Assembly (NCBI GenBank): GCA_035290865.1
Contig: DATDTM010000047.1
Coordinates: 14,127-78,126 of the forward strand
Length of the DNA: 64,000 nucleotides
Direction of reading: 5' to 3'
DNA from: Candidatus Nanoarchaeia archaeon
Lineage (GTDB): Archaea; Nanobdellota; Nanobdellia; Woesearchaeales; GW2011-AR9
Below the pieces are notes generated by a model that worked only from the letters and a program-made list of their open reading frames with translations, ran no database searches and was not told the origin of the DNA. Position 1 is the first letter of the stretch; each line of letters opens with the position of its first letter. Shown piece by piece: positions 36,197-45,524 of the stretch. Made by a program: the position numbers and the translations under genes.

Positions 36197-37618
36197 TCAG
36201 GCCTTAATTCTATGTGAAGGTAATCCTTTTCCAGCTTGTATATTCTTCACTGCTTCCAGACAGCGCGGCCAAAGCTTTTGTGATTCAGCAATATAGGTGA
36301 ATTCCTCTTGAATTACCTGCTGTGCTTTTTGATAGAATGCAGCTGCATCAAAATTCATGAATTCTGTACGGAGTTCTTGGGCAAAGCGGATTAATTGCCT
36401 GTATCTTCCTGAATGCTGGTCGCTATCTCTAATTCTTTCTTCAACATCTGCACAAACTTTTCTTCCCAGAGACAAGATTGGAACAGTTTCTTCATCTGTA
36501 ATCGTTCCATCATAATCAAAAGACATAGTAACTGGTCCGATTCCACTAAGCGACTGGCGTAATTTATCTTTGAGCAAATTTGCAAACTCCTCATTCACAA
36601 TTTCATTGGGAAGAGAAGCTCTTTCATGGGCATTACGATCATGGTGCTGGAAAGCTTTTATATGGGCAGAAGCGTAACCTTCTCTTTGAATCCAAAGCCG
36701 ATAAGCATAATTCTCAAAACGTAACTTTGTCGGAAAGAATGCTGGCAGGCCTTCGGTATTATCATATCCGGAAGCTCCACAGGCATTTTTCCAATTCTCT
36801 TTGGTTACAAAAGGATGGTAAACAGATACAATAAATACATGACCATCATCCTGCAAACTTTGGGCGGAAGGGTCATTAAGAAAGAAATAAGCGAAATCTA
36901 AAGAATCTAAATTATCTGTGCCGGTTAAACAAGTTTCTGCCATTTTTATTCTTGCTTCAGAAAATTCTCCTTTAGAAAGAACTAAATGAAAAACACTTTC
37001 TGAAGCAGCCAGGATCTGAGATTTATTTTTATAGAGATCGGCTTTAGGATCTTGAACATATTCTCCTCTAAGAAAACCGTTGACTACTCCCGCCGTCTGG
37101 CCTAAAACTTCCAAAAAAGCGCTGACTAAATCCTCTTCTATTTTACAGGGGCTTACCTTCTTTAAAGAGATTGGAGAACCTTTGATTACTAAGTTAGGAT
37201 CTTCTCTTCTCTTATTCAAGTCAAAAGTAACTAGCCCATATGGGCGAATATCATCATCTACTGCCATGAATTTTTGTCCTAAAGTATACAAAAGAATATG
37301 ATTACGATTACCTCCAAAACTAGGTCTTAACATTCTTTCTAGGATGATCCTATCTTGGCCAGAACAATTCACTTCTACAGCCAATTCCTCTAAAAAAGCT
37401 TGTTTCTCCTTTCTTCCCACCACTAAAACCGGCCGATGTAATTGAGGGAATATTCTAGAGAGATTAGCTGCTGCCAGATTATGGTCTGAATCATCAAAGA
37501 CATAAATCGGTATTTCATGACCAAATTTAGAAAAATGAGCATCGTAATCTAAAACGGTTTGGACCACTCTCTCTGGTCGATAAGTAGGAATAGTTAAACA
37601 AAAACGATCAAGACCCAT
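36197..37618 (-). CDS. hypothetical protein (473 aa)
   Basis: ORF only; N-terminal LTIPTYRPER faintly resembles a GT2-type motif; unverified. Confidence 0.4.
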   Translation of the reverse strand: MGLDRFCLTIPTYRPERVVQTVLDYDAHFSKFGHEIPIYVFDDSDHNLAAANLSRIFPQLHRPVLVVGRKEKQAFLEELAVEVNCSGQDRIILERMLRPSFGGNRNHILLYTLGQKFMAVDDDIRPYGLVTFDLNKRREDPNLVIKGSPISLKKVSPCKIEEDLVSAFLEVLGQTAGVVNGFLRGEYVQDPKADLYKNKSQILAASESVFHLVLSKGEFSEARIKMAETCLTGTDNLDSLDFAYFFLNDPSAQSLQDDGHVFIVSVYHPFVTKENWKNACGASGYDNTEGLPAFFPTKLRFENYAYRLWIQREGYASAHIKAFQHHDRNAHERASLPNEIVNEEFANLLKDKLRQSLSGIGPVTMSFDYDGTITDEETVPILSLGRKVCADVEERIRDSDQHSGRYRQLIRFAQELRTEFMNFDAAAFYQKAQQVIQEEFTYIAESQKLWPRCLEAVKNIQAGKGLPSHRIKA

Positions 37619-37831
37619 TTTCTGAAATAAATATCCCCCAAGACAAATTAAAGAAAGGAATTGTTAAAATCTATATAAATATTTCTAGTTTACAGGATAT
37701 TAATCTGCATTATTAGTTTTTTAGCGCAAAAGATACTCTAAAAAGCCAGTAGAACCGGTAGAACTGACTATTTTGAAGATAATTTCCAAAAGTAACAAAG
37801 TTTAAATACTGCTCAGTATTAAATAGTAAAG

Positions 37832-38440
37832 ATGCAACCCTACCTCCAAACCACCCCTTTTACCTGTGCCGCTTCTTCTTTACTAACTATATTGCATCAT
37901 TTCCAGCCTCAGATTGAATTAAGCCCAGAAAATGAGTTCCAGATCTGGCGGGAGACAGTCACTTTGCCCACCCGGGGCTCTTCTATTTTCGCCCTGGCCA
38001 ACTATGCTAAAAAGCAGGGCCTGAACCCAAGAATCGTAGTCGAATCCAAAAAGTATGGCTTTCCAGATTACCGCTTTTATCGCTACACTAAAGAAGATAT
38101 TGACCTGGCTGCTTTTTCCTCTTCCATGCATCTAAAAGAAGCAGAAAAGAACCAGATACCAATTGAAGAAAGAGAGATTGTCTTAGAGGAGATTAAAAAT
38201 GAGCTTAACCAGAAGAATATTCTGCTCTTAAGGATCAATGCTAAACCTTTACGCAACGAAAAGAGGAATACCTCTAATTATATTATTGTCTTGGGATTTA
38301 ATTCCGGCCATTATAATATCATTGATCCTAAGGTTGGAGCGATTTCCATTCCCGAAGAGACTTTTAAAGAAGCTTTTGATACTCTAGAGACCAAGAAATA
38401 TAGAGACCATCGCATGATGGTTTTCGAAGGGAAAGATTAG
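37832..38440 (+). CDS. papain-like cysteine peptidase (C39-like fold)
   Basis: N-terminal TPFTCAASSLLTIL (catalytic Cys environment of C39-like peptidases) and distal GHYNIIDP His. Confidence 0.45.
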   Translation: MQPYLQTTPFTCAASSLLTILHHFQPQIELSPENEFQIWRETVTLPTRGSSIFALANYAKKQGLNPRIVVESKKYGFPDYRFYRYTKEDIDLAAFSSSMHLKEAEKNQIPIEEREIVLEEIKNELNQKNILLLRINAKPLRNEKRNTSNYIIVLGFNSGHYNIIDPKVGAISIPEETFKEAFDTLETKKYRDHRMMVFEGKD

Positions 38441-38478
38441 AGAAACTATTTCTTAAAAAGATCTTCAGATAAACAGTA

Positions 38479-39483
38479 TTAATCCATTTTGGAAATCTTA
38501 CTTATCAAATCCAGCTCAAAACTACCCTCTTTGGTAATTAGCAAAGCTTCGTAATGTTTAACTACCTCAGGAAACTGGTCCTTTAGTTTTGTGAGCACAT
38601 CACATAAATTTCTAAAGGAATCAATCTCTACTTCTAATTCCAATTGCCAGGGTCCAACACAGAAGATTATTGCGGTAATATTCTGCTGCTCTCTACACCA
38701 ATGCACTACTGAAGGAATGATTCCCCCCCGCGGATTATGCAGGTATAAGAGAACTTTGTAATATTCATATCCAATTTTAGTCACATCTATTGACGACCTA
38801 AAAAAGACAATTATCCCTGATTTTTTTAATTCTTCTATTGTTTTTTTGATGGTTTTGACATTCTTTTTTGTCTTTTGCCCTAATTCCGCATAATTAATCC
38901 TGGAATTGATGGAAAGCAGGCGCAATATCTCTAAAGCATCTTTAGAAACAGCCTTCACCAATGGTTTCTGCTGAAAAGCGCTCTCTATCAGTCTGGAATG
39001 ATGATTAAGAAGAAAACCCCGGGTATGATACTCAAAACTGACATTGATCAATATGGAGGAATCAGTAACTACCTCTCCGTGTTTATTTTGGATCAGATTA
39101 AAGAAATCATTAAATTCATGCGGAGTTTTAGCCAGAACACAAATCACTGCATCATAAATCCCTGCACATTCAGCATACCACCATACTCTCGGATGTTTTT
39201 CGATTAGGTCAAAGAAATCTTTTCTTTCTTTTTGGGAAGTTGGCCTAAGTGAAACCCATAATTTCCAGACGGTTAAACCGAATTTAGAAGGATCAAGCAG
39301 GCAATAATATCCTCGAATAATTCCTTTTTTTTCTAATTGCCTTAAGCGATATTCAGCGATTGCTCTAGAAACCCGGGCTTCTTTTGCCAGAATTGTGATA
39401 GGAATTCGGGCATTTCTTTCCACTGCTGAGAGTATTTTCCGGTCAATTCGATCAATTTTGATTATTTTATTAATTTCATCCAT
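38479..39483 (-). CDS. tandem Lrp/AsnC-type transcriptional regulator (two HTH-AsnC modules)
   Basis: IDRKILSAVERNARIPITILAKEARVSRAIAEYRLRQLEKKGII (HTH_AsnC) followed by a second copy DALEILRLLSINSRINYAELGQKTKKNVKTIKKTIEELKKSGII. Confidence 0.55.
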   Translation of the reverse strand: MDEINKIIKIDRIDRKILSAVERNARIPITILAKEARVSRAIAEYRLRQLEKKGIIRGYYCLLDPSKFGLTVWKLWVSLRPTSQKERKDFFDLIEKHPRVWWYAECAGIYDAVICVLAKTPHEFNDFFNLIQNKHGEVVTDSSILINVSFEYHTRGFLLNHHSRLIESAFQQKPLVKAVSKDALEILRLLSINSRINYAELGQKTKKNVKTIKKTIEELKKSGIIVFFRSSIDVTKIGYEYYKVLLYLHNPRGGIIPSVVHWCREQQNITAIIFCVGPWQLELEVEIDSFRNLCDVLTKLKDQFPEVVKHYEALLITKEGSFELDLISKISKMD

Positions 39484-39835
39484 TTTTTAATAGTTCAGTT
39501 ACCAATTATTATTAAGTCTTAATCAATTCTTATTTATATAACTTTCTCTTCCATCTTTTCGGAAATTAAATGTGTAAAGCATTGGAGGAAAAGAAAATGG
39601 TAAAGAGCGAGACTGAAGAAATACGTAATGGAGAGACTTTGTTGTGGGAAGCACTATTTGGGGAGCCTGCAGCACCAACCTATCGAACAACTATTACTGA
39701 TGATAGCGTTAATCCGTATAACCCCACCAGATATGTTGGAGGAGGATCAACCTCTGAGGAATCCCAAGAAATGGCGAGTGAAAGATATCAGAGAAGAAAT
39801 CAATATTGATATATTGAACATCCCGTCCAGAGAAA

Positions 39836-40606
39836 ATGCCCCCTACCGGACAAGCACAGAGATATGCACAAGTTTGGGAAATTGGCCTTTACGAAGGGTT
39901 CAGTGAAAATACCTCCGCGAGAGATTCAACCCCCTTACTAGAAGAATTAATTGCTAATCTCCAAAAGCAAAGGAATATACAACTGGGCGAAAGAGGCGAA
40001 AAAGGAATCCCGATACGAGTCATAGAAGCCGGAGCCGGTTTGGGAAGCCATGCCCTTCGCCTAGTTCAGGAAGGATTCTCAGTGATAGCTAATGAATATT
40101 CTGAACTTGCGACAAGAGAGATAGAGCATAAAAGAGGCCTATTAACTCTTCCCGCTCAGGCCAGACTTCAGATAGCCCAAGGAGATATCTTAGATTGCTT
40201 GAGAACTTTGGCAGAAGAGTCTATTGCCGGATTTTACGCTCATTCTCTGTTGCATACTTTTTCAGATGATGAAAGAAAAAGATTATATGCTGAGATTAAA
40301 AGAGTACAACCGCGGGGGGGAATAATTGCTGTTTCATTTAAAGCTCATGGGGATTATGTCCAAAACGAAAATGGGAATAGTATTAAACAAACCGAAGCAG
40401 GGCCAGTGATTACTGATCATGCTGGAAGAATCAGCCGGCTTTTTGTAACCAATACCTCTCCATTAGTGAGAGAACTAGAAGATGCTGACTATCAAGTCTT
40501 CGATACTTATTGGTGGGATGTGCCCAAGAATAACCCTGAAAATAAAATTGAATATAGAAAATTTGTTGGCTTGATCGCCCAAAAAACAAATGGAGAAAGA
40601 AGATGA
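39836..40606 (+). CDS. class I SAM-dependent methyltransferase
   Basis: Motif I VIEAGAGLGSHALRL and motif IV-like GGIIAV; stop overlaps the metE start (ATGA). Confidence 0.55.
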   Translation: MPPTGQAQRYAQVWEIGLYEGFSENTSARDSTPLLEELIANLQKQRNIQLGERGEKGIPIRVIEAGAGLGSHALRLVQEGFSVIANEYSELATREIEHKRGLLTLPAQARLQIAQGDILDCLRTLAEESIAGFYAHSLLHTFSDDERKRLYAEIKRVQPRGGIIAVSFKAHGDYVQNENGNSIKQTEAGPVITDHAGRISRLFVTNTSPLVRELEDADYQVFDTYWWDVPKNNPENKIEYRKFVGLIAQKTNGERR

Positions 40607-41664
40607 TTCAGACTACGGTGATAGGAAGTTATCCTAAATATCCCCCGCTAATCGGAAAAGATTTTGATACTAAATGGTTGGTCGTTCCAGAAAATAATCT
40701 AGATTCCGGCTGGAAAGATAAAGATAACCTAGAATCTCTCCAGAAAGAGGCAATCCGCTGGGCAGTGCGAGAACAAGAAGAAGCCGGCCTTGATGTAGTA
40801 ACTGATGGCGAACAGAAAAGGGGAAATTACGTTCTTTACCATTGCCAACACCTAGATGGTTTTGATTTCGTAAACAAAGAGGAAAAAATATTTCGAGACG
40901 GATATGTCCGGGGACTAGTTCCGGTAGTGCGCGGGCAGATTAAAGCTAAAGAGCATTTTTTGGTAAACGACTTTAAGTTTCTTAAATCTTTAACTGATAG
41001 GCAGATTAAAGTAACTATTCCCGGACCGGTAACTATTATTGACTCGGTAAAAGATACATTTTATTTTGACGAAAGAACATTAGCTTTAGATCTAGCGAAA
41101 GCGATTAGAGCCGAAGTATTGGCTTTAGCTGAAGCAGGATGCACACTGGTCCAATTTGATGAGCCGGTATTTATCCGAGATCCGCAGAAATTTTTTTCTT
41201 ACGGTCTGGAAGCTCTCCAAGCTTGTTTTGAAGGAATAAATAATATCACTAAACAAGTTCACATCTGCCGCGGATATCCCAAAGAAGATGTGCCTAAAAC
41301 AGACGCTGCTAGGTATGCCCGGATTATCGAAGCTTTATCCACCATAGATATAGATGCCATAGCTGTAGAAGATGCTCAGGAACATTTAGATCTAGATATT
41401 TTTAAAAAATTTGGTTCTAAGAAAATTATTCTTGGGGTGGTAGATATAGGAAATCCACGGATAGAAACTGTGGTAGAAATTGAAGACAGAATTAACGAAG
41501 TCCTGAAAGTAGTTCCGCCGGAAAGACTTTTAATTGCTCCTGATTGCGGTCTTCTGCTCTTAAAGCCAGAGGTAGCCAAAGCAAAGTTAAGTAATATGGT
41601 TCTGGCAGCAAAAAAAGTAAACTACCAATTACAACAACTGGGTCATAACTTCAACTCACTTTAA
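40603..41664 (+). CDS. metE: cobalamin-independent methionine synthase, archaeal short MetE-type
   Basis: N-terminal TTVIGSYPKYP; zinc-ligand region HICRGY...LIAPDCGLLLL (H, C, then the PDCGL motif of the MetE C-terminal barrel). Confidence 0.75.
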   Translation: MIQTTVIGSYPKYPPLIGKDFDTKWLVVPENNLDSGWKDKDNLESLQKEAIRWAVREQEEAGLDVVTDGEQKRGNYVLYHCQHLDGFDFVNKEEKIFRDGYVRGLVPVVRGQIKAKEHFLVNDFKFLKSLTDRQIKVTIPGPVTIIDSVKDTFYFDERTLALDLAKAIRAEVLALAEAGCTLVQFDEPVFIRDPQKFFSYGLEALQACFEGINNITKQVHICRGYPKEDVPKTDAARYARIIEALSTIDIDAIAVEDAQEHLDLDIFKKFGSKKIILGVVDIGNPRIETVVEIEDRINEVLKVVPPERLLIAPDCGLLLLKPEVAKAKLSNMVLAAKKVNYQLQQLGHNFNSL

Positions 41665-42793
41665 ACCCTTTCATCTCCAGAATCTTCTTTACTGAAGCAT
41701 CAATTTGTTCTTCCGGAATCTCTCCTCTTTCCACTGCTGCTTTTACTACCTGGATCATCCCATAGATCTCGTTAGGATCCTCATTGAAATTAATCACTAA
41801 ATCATTTCCAGCTTTAAACACAGCTAGATATAATTCATCAGCTGAAGCAAAGAAATTTTTCAATCCCCACATCATTGTATCATCAGTAATGATGAGTCCA
41901 GTATAATTGCCTTTCAGACTAGCCACCGCCACTTCAGAAACATCAGCAGGCAATCCCCCCGAATCTAACTCTCCGCTGGCAATGATATGGCTGATCATGA
42001 TCGCTTTAATCTTATCTTTCTGGATAAATTGATTATAAGGATAAAGATCTTCTATCCCAATTTTCGCTGCCACTAAACCTTTATGCGGGTCAGAAACTAC
42101 TAAAGTTTTACCGGGATAATGTTTAGCCGTAGCTATAATTCCCTGATTTTGTAATCCTAAGAAATAAGCTTCGGCTAGTTCCGTTACTTGTTTCTCATCT
42201 CCCAGAAAACTGCGGCATTTCCAGATTTCATCTTTAAGATCTACCACCGGAGCAAAATTTAAATTGAACCCTAACTTTTTCAAGAACTTACCCTCTTCCG
42301 TACCTTTCTCAAAAGCTGCTCCTACGGTCTTGATCTCGCTAGTAGGAGTAAACTGCTGAAAATAAGAAAAAGGGCTCCAACATCCCTCTAAATCTGCACT
42401 GACAAAGAAAGGAATCTGCATTCCCGATTGAAATTTATTGATCGTTTTTATAAACGCATCCTCATCTTGCATGGCAAAAAGATGTATTCCACCTAACTGC
42501 ATATTCTTCCAAGCTTCTAAGTTCCAGACTCCGCCCGAGACAATAATCATCTGAGCGATCTTCTGCTCTAAAGTTAGGGAATCCAAACTAATGGTCTTAT
42601 CCACTATTTTCAAGGCCGGCTGTTCCGGGATGAGCCAACCTTTAGCCTTAGCCACATTTAGAGAAGCAAGGACTAAGACTAAAATAAGTAAGACTAAAAA
42701 AATCTTCTCATTAAGATTCCATCTTCCTCTTTTCAGTGGGATTATTTTTTGTTTTTTCTTGGCTTTCTTTTTCACCATCAGCACATCACTCAA
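41651..42793 (-). CDS. membrane-anchored glycoside hydrolase family 3, NagZ-like beta-N-acetylhexosaminidase
   Basis: N-terminal TM anchor; KHYPGKTLVVSDPH parallels the NagZ signature KHFPGHG....DSH; GH3 N-terminal domain length. Confidence 0.6.
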   Translation of the reverse strand: MSDVLMVKKKAKKKQKIIPLKRGRWNLNEKIFLVLLILVLVLASLNVAKAKGWLIPEQPALKIVDKTISLDSLTLEQKIAQMIIVSGGVWNLEAWKNMQLGGIHLFAMQDEDAFIKTINKFQSGMQIPFFVSADLEGCWSPFSYFQQFTPTSEIKTVGAAFEKGTEEGKFLKKLGFNLNFAPVVDLKDEIWKCRSFLGDEKQVTELAEAYFLGLQNQGIIATAKHYPGKTLVVSDPHKGLVAAKIGIEDLYPYNQFIQKDKIKAIMISHIIASGELDSGGLPADVSEVAVASLKGNYTGLIITDDTMMWGLKNFFASADELYLAVFKAGNDLVINFNEDPNEIYGMIQVVKAAVERGEIPEEQIDASVKKILEMKGFKVS

Positions 42794-42801
42794 TCTTTTT
42801 T

Positions 42802-43146
42802 TTATTCAGTTAACCGTTTACAATACTTATACCCTGCTTGATTAAAATAATATTCGATCTTGTTTCCGGTAAAACATTTCCATTGCAGAGTTTTATCCAT
42901 ATAATATAACTGCTCGGATTTACATCCCACTACCACTCTTTTTATTTCAAGACAGCAATCCTTAACCTCTCTTTCTACAAACTTGCTTTCCCAGTTTCTC
43001 ATCACGCAGAAAGAATCTGTTTCAAGCTGCTCAGCTGCTGCTTTTCCAGTACTGGGAAAATCTACTCCCCACAGGTTTAAAGCTAAAACCAAAGCAACTA
43101 GAAATAAGGAAAAGTTCAGGATGGTCCAGGCTTTTCTGCTAATCAT
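42802..43146 (-). CDS. small secreted Cys-containing protein, hypothetical
   Basis: Signal peptide, 114 aa. Confidence 0.35.
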   Translation of the reverse strand: MISRKAWTILNFSLFLVALVLALNLWGVDFPSTGKAAAEQLETDSFCVMRNWESKFVEREVKDCCLEIKRVVVGCKSEQLYYMDKTLQWKCFTGNKIEYYFNQAGYKYCKRLTE

Positions 43147-43201
43147 ATCCGAAATAAAGAGAAAAGTATATATAAAAGTATCCTAATTAAAGATTATATC
43201 A

Positions 43202-43468
43202 ATGGAGGGTACAAAGAGCATGGAAATCAAAGTTTATTCCACACCTAATTGTCCTTGGTGCAAGAAATTAAAAGATTGGTTAAAATCAAAGAAACTTGCC
43301 TTTCAAGATATTGACGTTACTGAAAGCGATACTGCCCGTGATGAGATGATTGAAAAATCCGGTCAGATGGGCGTACCTGTAATCCTCATTAAAAATACTG
43401 ATAAAGAAGAAGTGGTGGTTGGTTTTACTGAAGCTAAATTAGATGCAGCAATCAAGAAGATTAGTTAG
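43202..43468 (+). CDS. glutaredoxin-like protein
   Basis: CPWC active site at the start of a ~85-aa thioredoxin-fold ORF. Confidence 0.65.
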   Translation: MEGTKSMEIKVYSTPNCPWCKKLKDWLKSKKLAFQDIDVTESDTARDEMIEKSGQMGVPVILIKNTDKEEVVVGFTEAKLDAAIKKIS

Positions 43469-43482
43469 ACTATTTTTTTTCT

Positions 43483-44439
43483 TTAAACCTCTTTCAACAC
43501 TTCCCTTGCCTCTTTTCCCTCAAACAAAATCTCATAGAGACCATTAATCAAAGGCAATTTTAAATTAAACTTTTCTTGGAGATGAATCGCCTCTTTCAGG
43601 TTAGTCACTCCCTCTGCCACCATTTTCATCTCTGCCAAAACATCAGACAATTTCCTGCCCTTGCCTACTTCTTCTCCTACATGCCTGTTTCTAGAATGTT
43701 TACTGGTACAAGTTACAATCAGATCTCCCAATCCGGCTAAGCCATAAAAAGTTTCTTTTTTAGCTCCCCAGGCTAAACCTACCTCTTTAATCTCTTCCAG
43801 CCCTTTAGTCATGATATAGGCCTTGGCATTATCTCCCTGATTTAATCCCTCTAGAAGACCAATAAATACCGCAAAGACATTCTTTAAAGCCGCAGCTACC
43901 TGCATTCCTACTATATCTTTACTTAATTCTACTTTAAAATTCTCGCTTTCCAGAACTTTTTTAATTTTCTGTTTTCCTTTTCCTCCAGCTAGAACAATCC
44001 CGGTTAATTTTCCTTTTCCAACCTCTTCAGCATGGGTTGGTCCGTATAAACAATAGACTTTCTCTTTCATTTCAGGCTTAACTTTTTCTTGCACTACTTC
44101 GCTCAATAGCCTAGAATTAGAGGCAAAACCTTTCGAACAGATTATTAGTGATTGGCTTTCCAGGAACTTAACTGCTTGACTAATGGTGACTTCCACCTTA
44201 TCTGAAGGCACCACTATGAAAACTAATTTAGAATCAGGAAGAACTTCTTCCATTTTCGAGGAAACAAAAATATTGTCTGACAATCTAACTTCAGGCAATA
44301 AAGGGCAGACTCTTTCATGCTTCATCTTTCGGGCCTGCTCTTCAAAGAATTCCCAGATTTTGACCTGATGCTTATTCTTGGCTAATTGTGCCGCTAGAGC
44401 CGTGCCCCAGCTTCCTCCGCCCAGGATGGATATTTTCAT
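43483..44439 (-). CDS. gpsA: NAD(P)H-dependent glycerol-3-phosphate dehydrogenase
   Basis: MKISILGGGSWGTALAAQL Rossmann motif, ~318 aa; conserved LAGLGDLIVTC-type segment (GpsA consensus G.GDL..TC). Confidence 0.75.
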   Translation of the reverse strand: MKISILGGGSWGTALAAQLAKNKHQVKIWEFFEEQARKMKHERVCPLLPEVRLSDNIFVSSKMEEVLPDSKLVFIVVPSDKVEVTISQAVKFLESQSLIICSKGFASNSRLLSEVVQEKVKPEMKEKVYCLYGPTHAEEVGKGKLTGIVLAGGKGKQKIKKVLESENFKVELSKDIVGMQVAAALKNVFAVFIGLLEGLNQGDNAKAYIMTKGLEEIKEVGLAWGAKKETFYGLAGLGDLIVTCTSKHSRNRHVGEEVGKGRKLSDVLAEMKMVAEGVTNLKEAIHLQEKFNLKLPLINGLYEILFEGKEAREVLKEV

Positions 44440-44795
44440 TTGGCCTCTTTAGAGAAAACCTCTTCTATTTGTTTTTGTAAGATTATTAATTTATGCTCTA
44501 AAATATCCCATAATATCTCTAGGTCTAACTGATGATACTTATGAATAACCACGTTTCTAAAATCTTTAATTTCCTGCCAAGGGATGTTCTTATACTTATT
44601 CTTCATCTCTAGAGGTAATTGAGCAATTGCTTCCCCAATTATCTCTAAGTTACGGACGGTTGCATCAATAGTGATTCTGCTCTGTTTAAAATCTTCAAAA
44701 TCCATCTCTTGGATATATTCCTGTATCACTTCAATACTATCCAAGATGTCCTTAAGAAAAAAACTAGATTTGCGCGGCAATTTGTTTTCCCTCAA
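44436..44795 (-). CDS. HepT/HEPN (DUF86) toxin of a HepT-MNT toxin-antitoxin pair
   Basis: RNVVIHKYHQLD carries the Rx4HxY HEPN motif; 4-nt overlap with gpsA and 32-nt overlap with the upstream MNT gene. Confidence 0.7.
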   Translation of the reverse strand: MRENKLPRKSSFFLKDILDSIEVIQEYIQEMDFEDFKQSRITIDATVRNLEIIGEAIAQLPLEMKNKYKNIPWQEIKDFRNVVIHKYHQLDLEILWDILEHKLIILQKQIEEVFSKEAK

Positions 44796-45066
44796 GAATT
44801 TCTGATTTTAATTCTTCCCGAATTAGATTCGGTTTAATTAGGTCTATCTCTTTCTTAAAAATATTCTTCAAGAACAATTTTAAATGGACATAATCATCAT
44901 ACAGCCCCCGGCCAGGCATAAATTCTACTAAAAAGTCTAAATCGCTTTCTTTTTTAGCTCTATCTTGGGCATAAGAGCCAAAAAGAATGATCTTTTTAAC
45001 TCCATAGGACTTAATCTCCCTCTTATGTGCTTCCAATAGGGATATAATTTTTTCTTTGGTTAGCAT
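44764..45066 (-). CDS. MNT-type minimal nucleotidyltransferase antitoxin
   Basis: ILFGSYAQDRAKKESDLDFLVEF matches the GS....(x)n...DhD nucleotidyltransferase motif. Confidence 0.75.
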   Translation of the reverse strand: MLTKEKIISLLEAHKREIKSYGVKKIILFGSYAQDRAKKESDLDFLVEFMPGRGLYDDYVHLKLFLKNIFKKEIDLIKPNLIREELKSEILEGKQIAAQI

Positions 45067-45204
45067 TATTTTGACTTTATCGCTTAAAATATTTAAATCT
45101 TCTTACTAAAAAATGTAAAGAGAAACTTAATAAAAAAACCAATCAGTTCAATGCCAAAAATATCCCCCAAAATTATTTAAAGAACATTACTCTAGTAAGA
45201 TAAA

Positions 45205-45504
45205 ATGTCAACCCCTATTTCAAAACTGTTAAAATTAAGCCAAGGAAATAAGATTTTAATTAACGATATTCAATACACCATCACCAAAAAGTCTAAGTAT
45301 AAGACCGTAGAAGAATATGATGACCCTAAAGATTATGGTAGCGGAATAAAATGGGAACTGGGAAAAGAATACTACTTAACTTCTGAACGAAGAAATAAGA
45401 GATTGAATTTTCTCAAAATAACCAAAAAGAAAGGACTTATTTTCTTTACTGAAACACATCTTCCAATTTCAATAAAAGAAATAAGAATATTGAATAAAAG
45501 CTAA
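45205..45504 (+). CDS. hypothetical protein
   Basis: ORF only. Confidence 0.3.
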   Translation: MSTPISKLLKLSQGNKILINDIQYTITKKSKYKTVEEYDDPKDYGSGIKWELGKEYYLTSERRNKRLNFLKITKKKGLIFFTETHLPISIKEIRILNKS

Positions 45505-45524
45505 AATTAAGATTCATTCTCTCG

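Noticed and set aside
39570-39906. Two overlapping ORFs in consecutive frames upstream of the methyltransferase, a possible frameshifted gene
   Set aside because: Neither product shows a recognisable motif. The methyltransferase has a complete motif-I-containing N-terminus from its own start at 39836. I cannot support a frameshift or leader peptide from sequence alone.
43483-44439. Possibility that the GpsA-like gene is instead the archaeal sn-glycerol-1-phosphate dehydrogenase (EgsA)
   Set aside because: EgsA belongs to the iron-containing alcohol/glycerol dehydrogenase superfamily with a different N-terminus. The sequence here has the GpsA Rossmann start GGGSWGTALA and GpsA-like length. 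I kept it as GpsA-type while noting that an archaeon carrying a bacterial-type G3P dehydrogenase is itself slightly unusual.
3366-45204. tRNA genes in intergenic gaps (3366-3432, 3934-4039, 9799-9949, 10562-10668, 13911-14055, 15261-15351, 17054-17144, 17775-17960, 23438-23518, 23759-23850, 24307-24433, 29466-29647, 30311-30424, 35070-35197, 37619-37831, 45067-45204)
   Set aside because: I found no cloverleaf with a GTTCRANYC T-loop or an acceptor-stem/3'-end complement in any gap. The only strongly structured gap (29497-29640) does not fit tRNA geometry. A split or permuted tRNA cannot be excluded without tRNAscan-SE or SPLITS-type tools.
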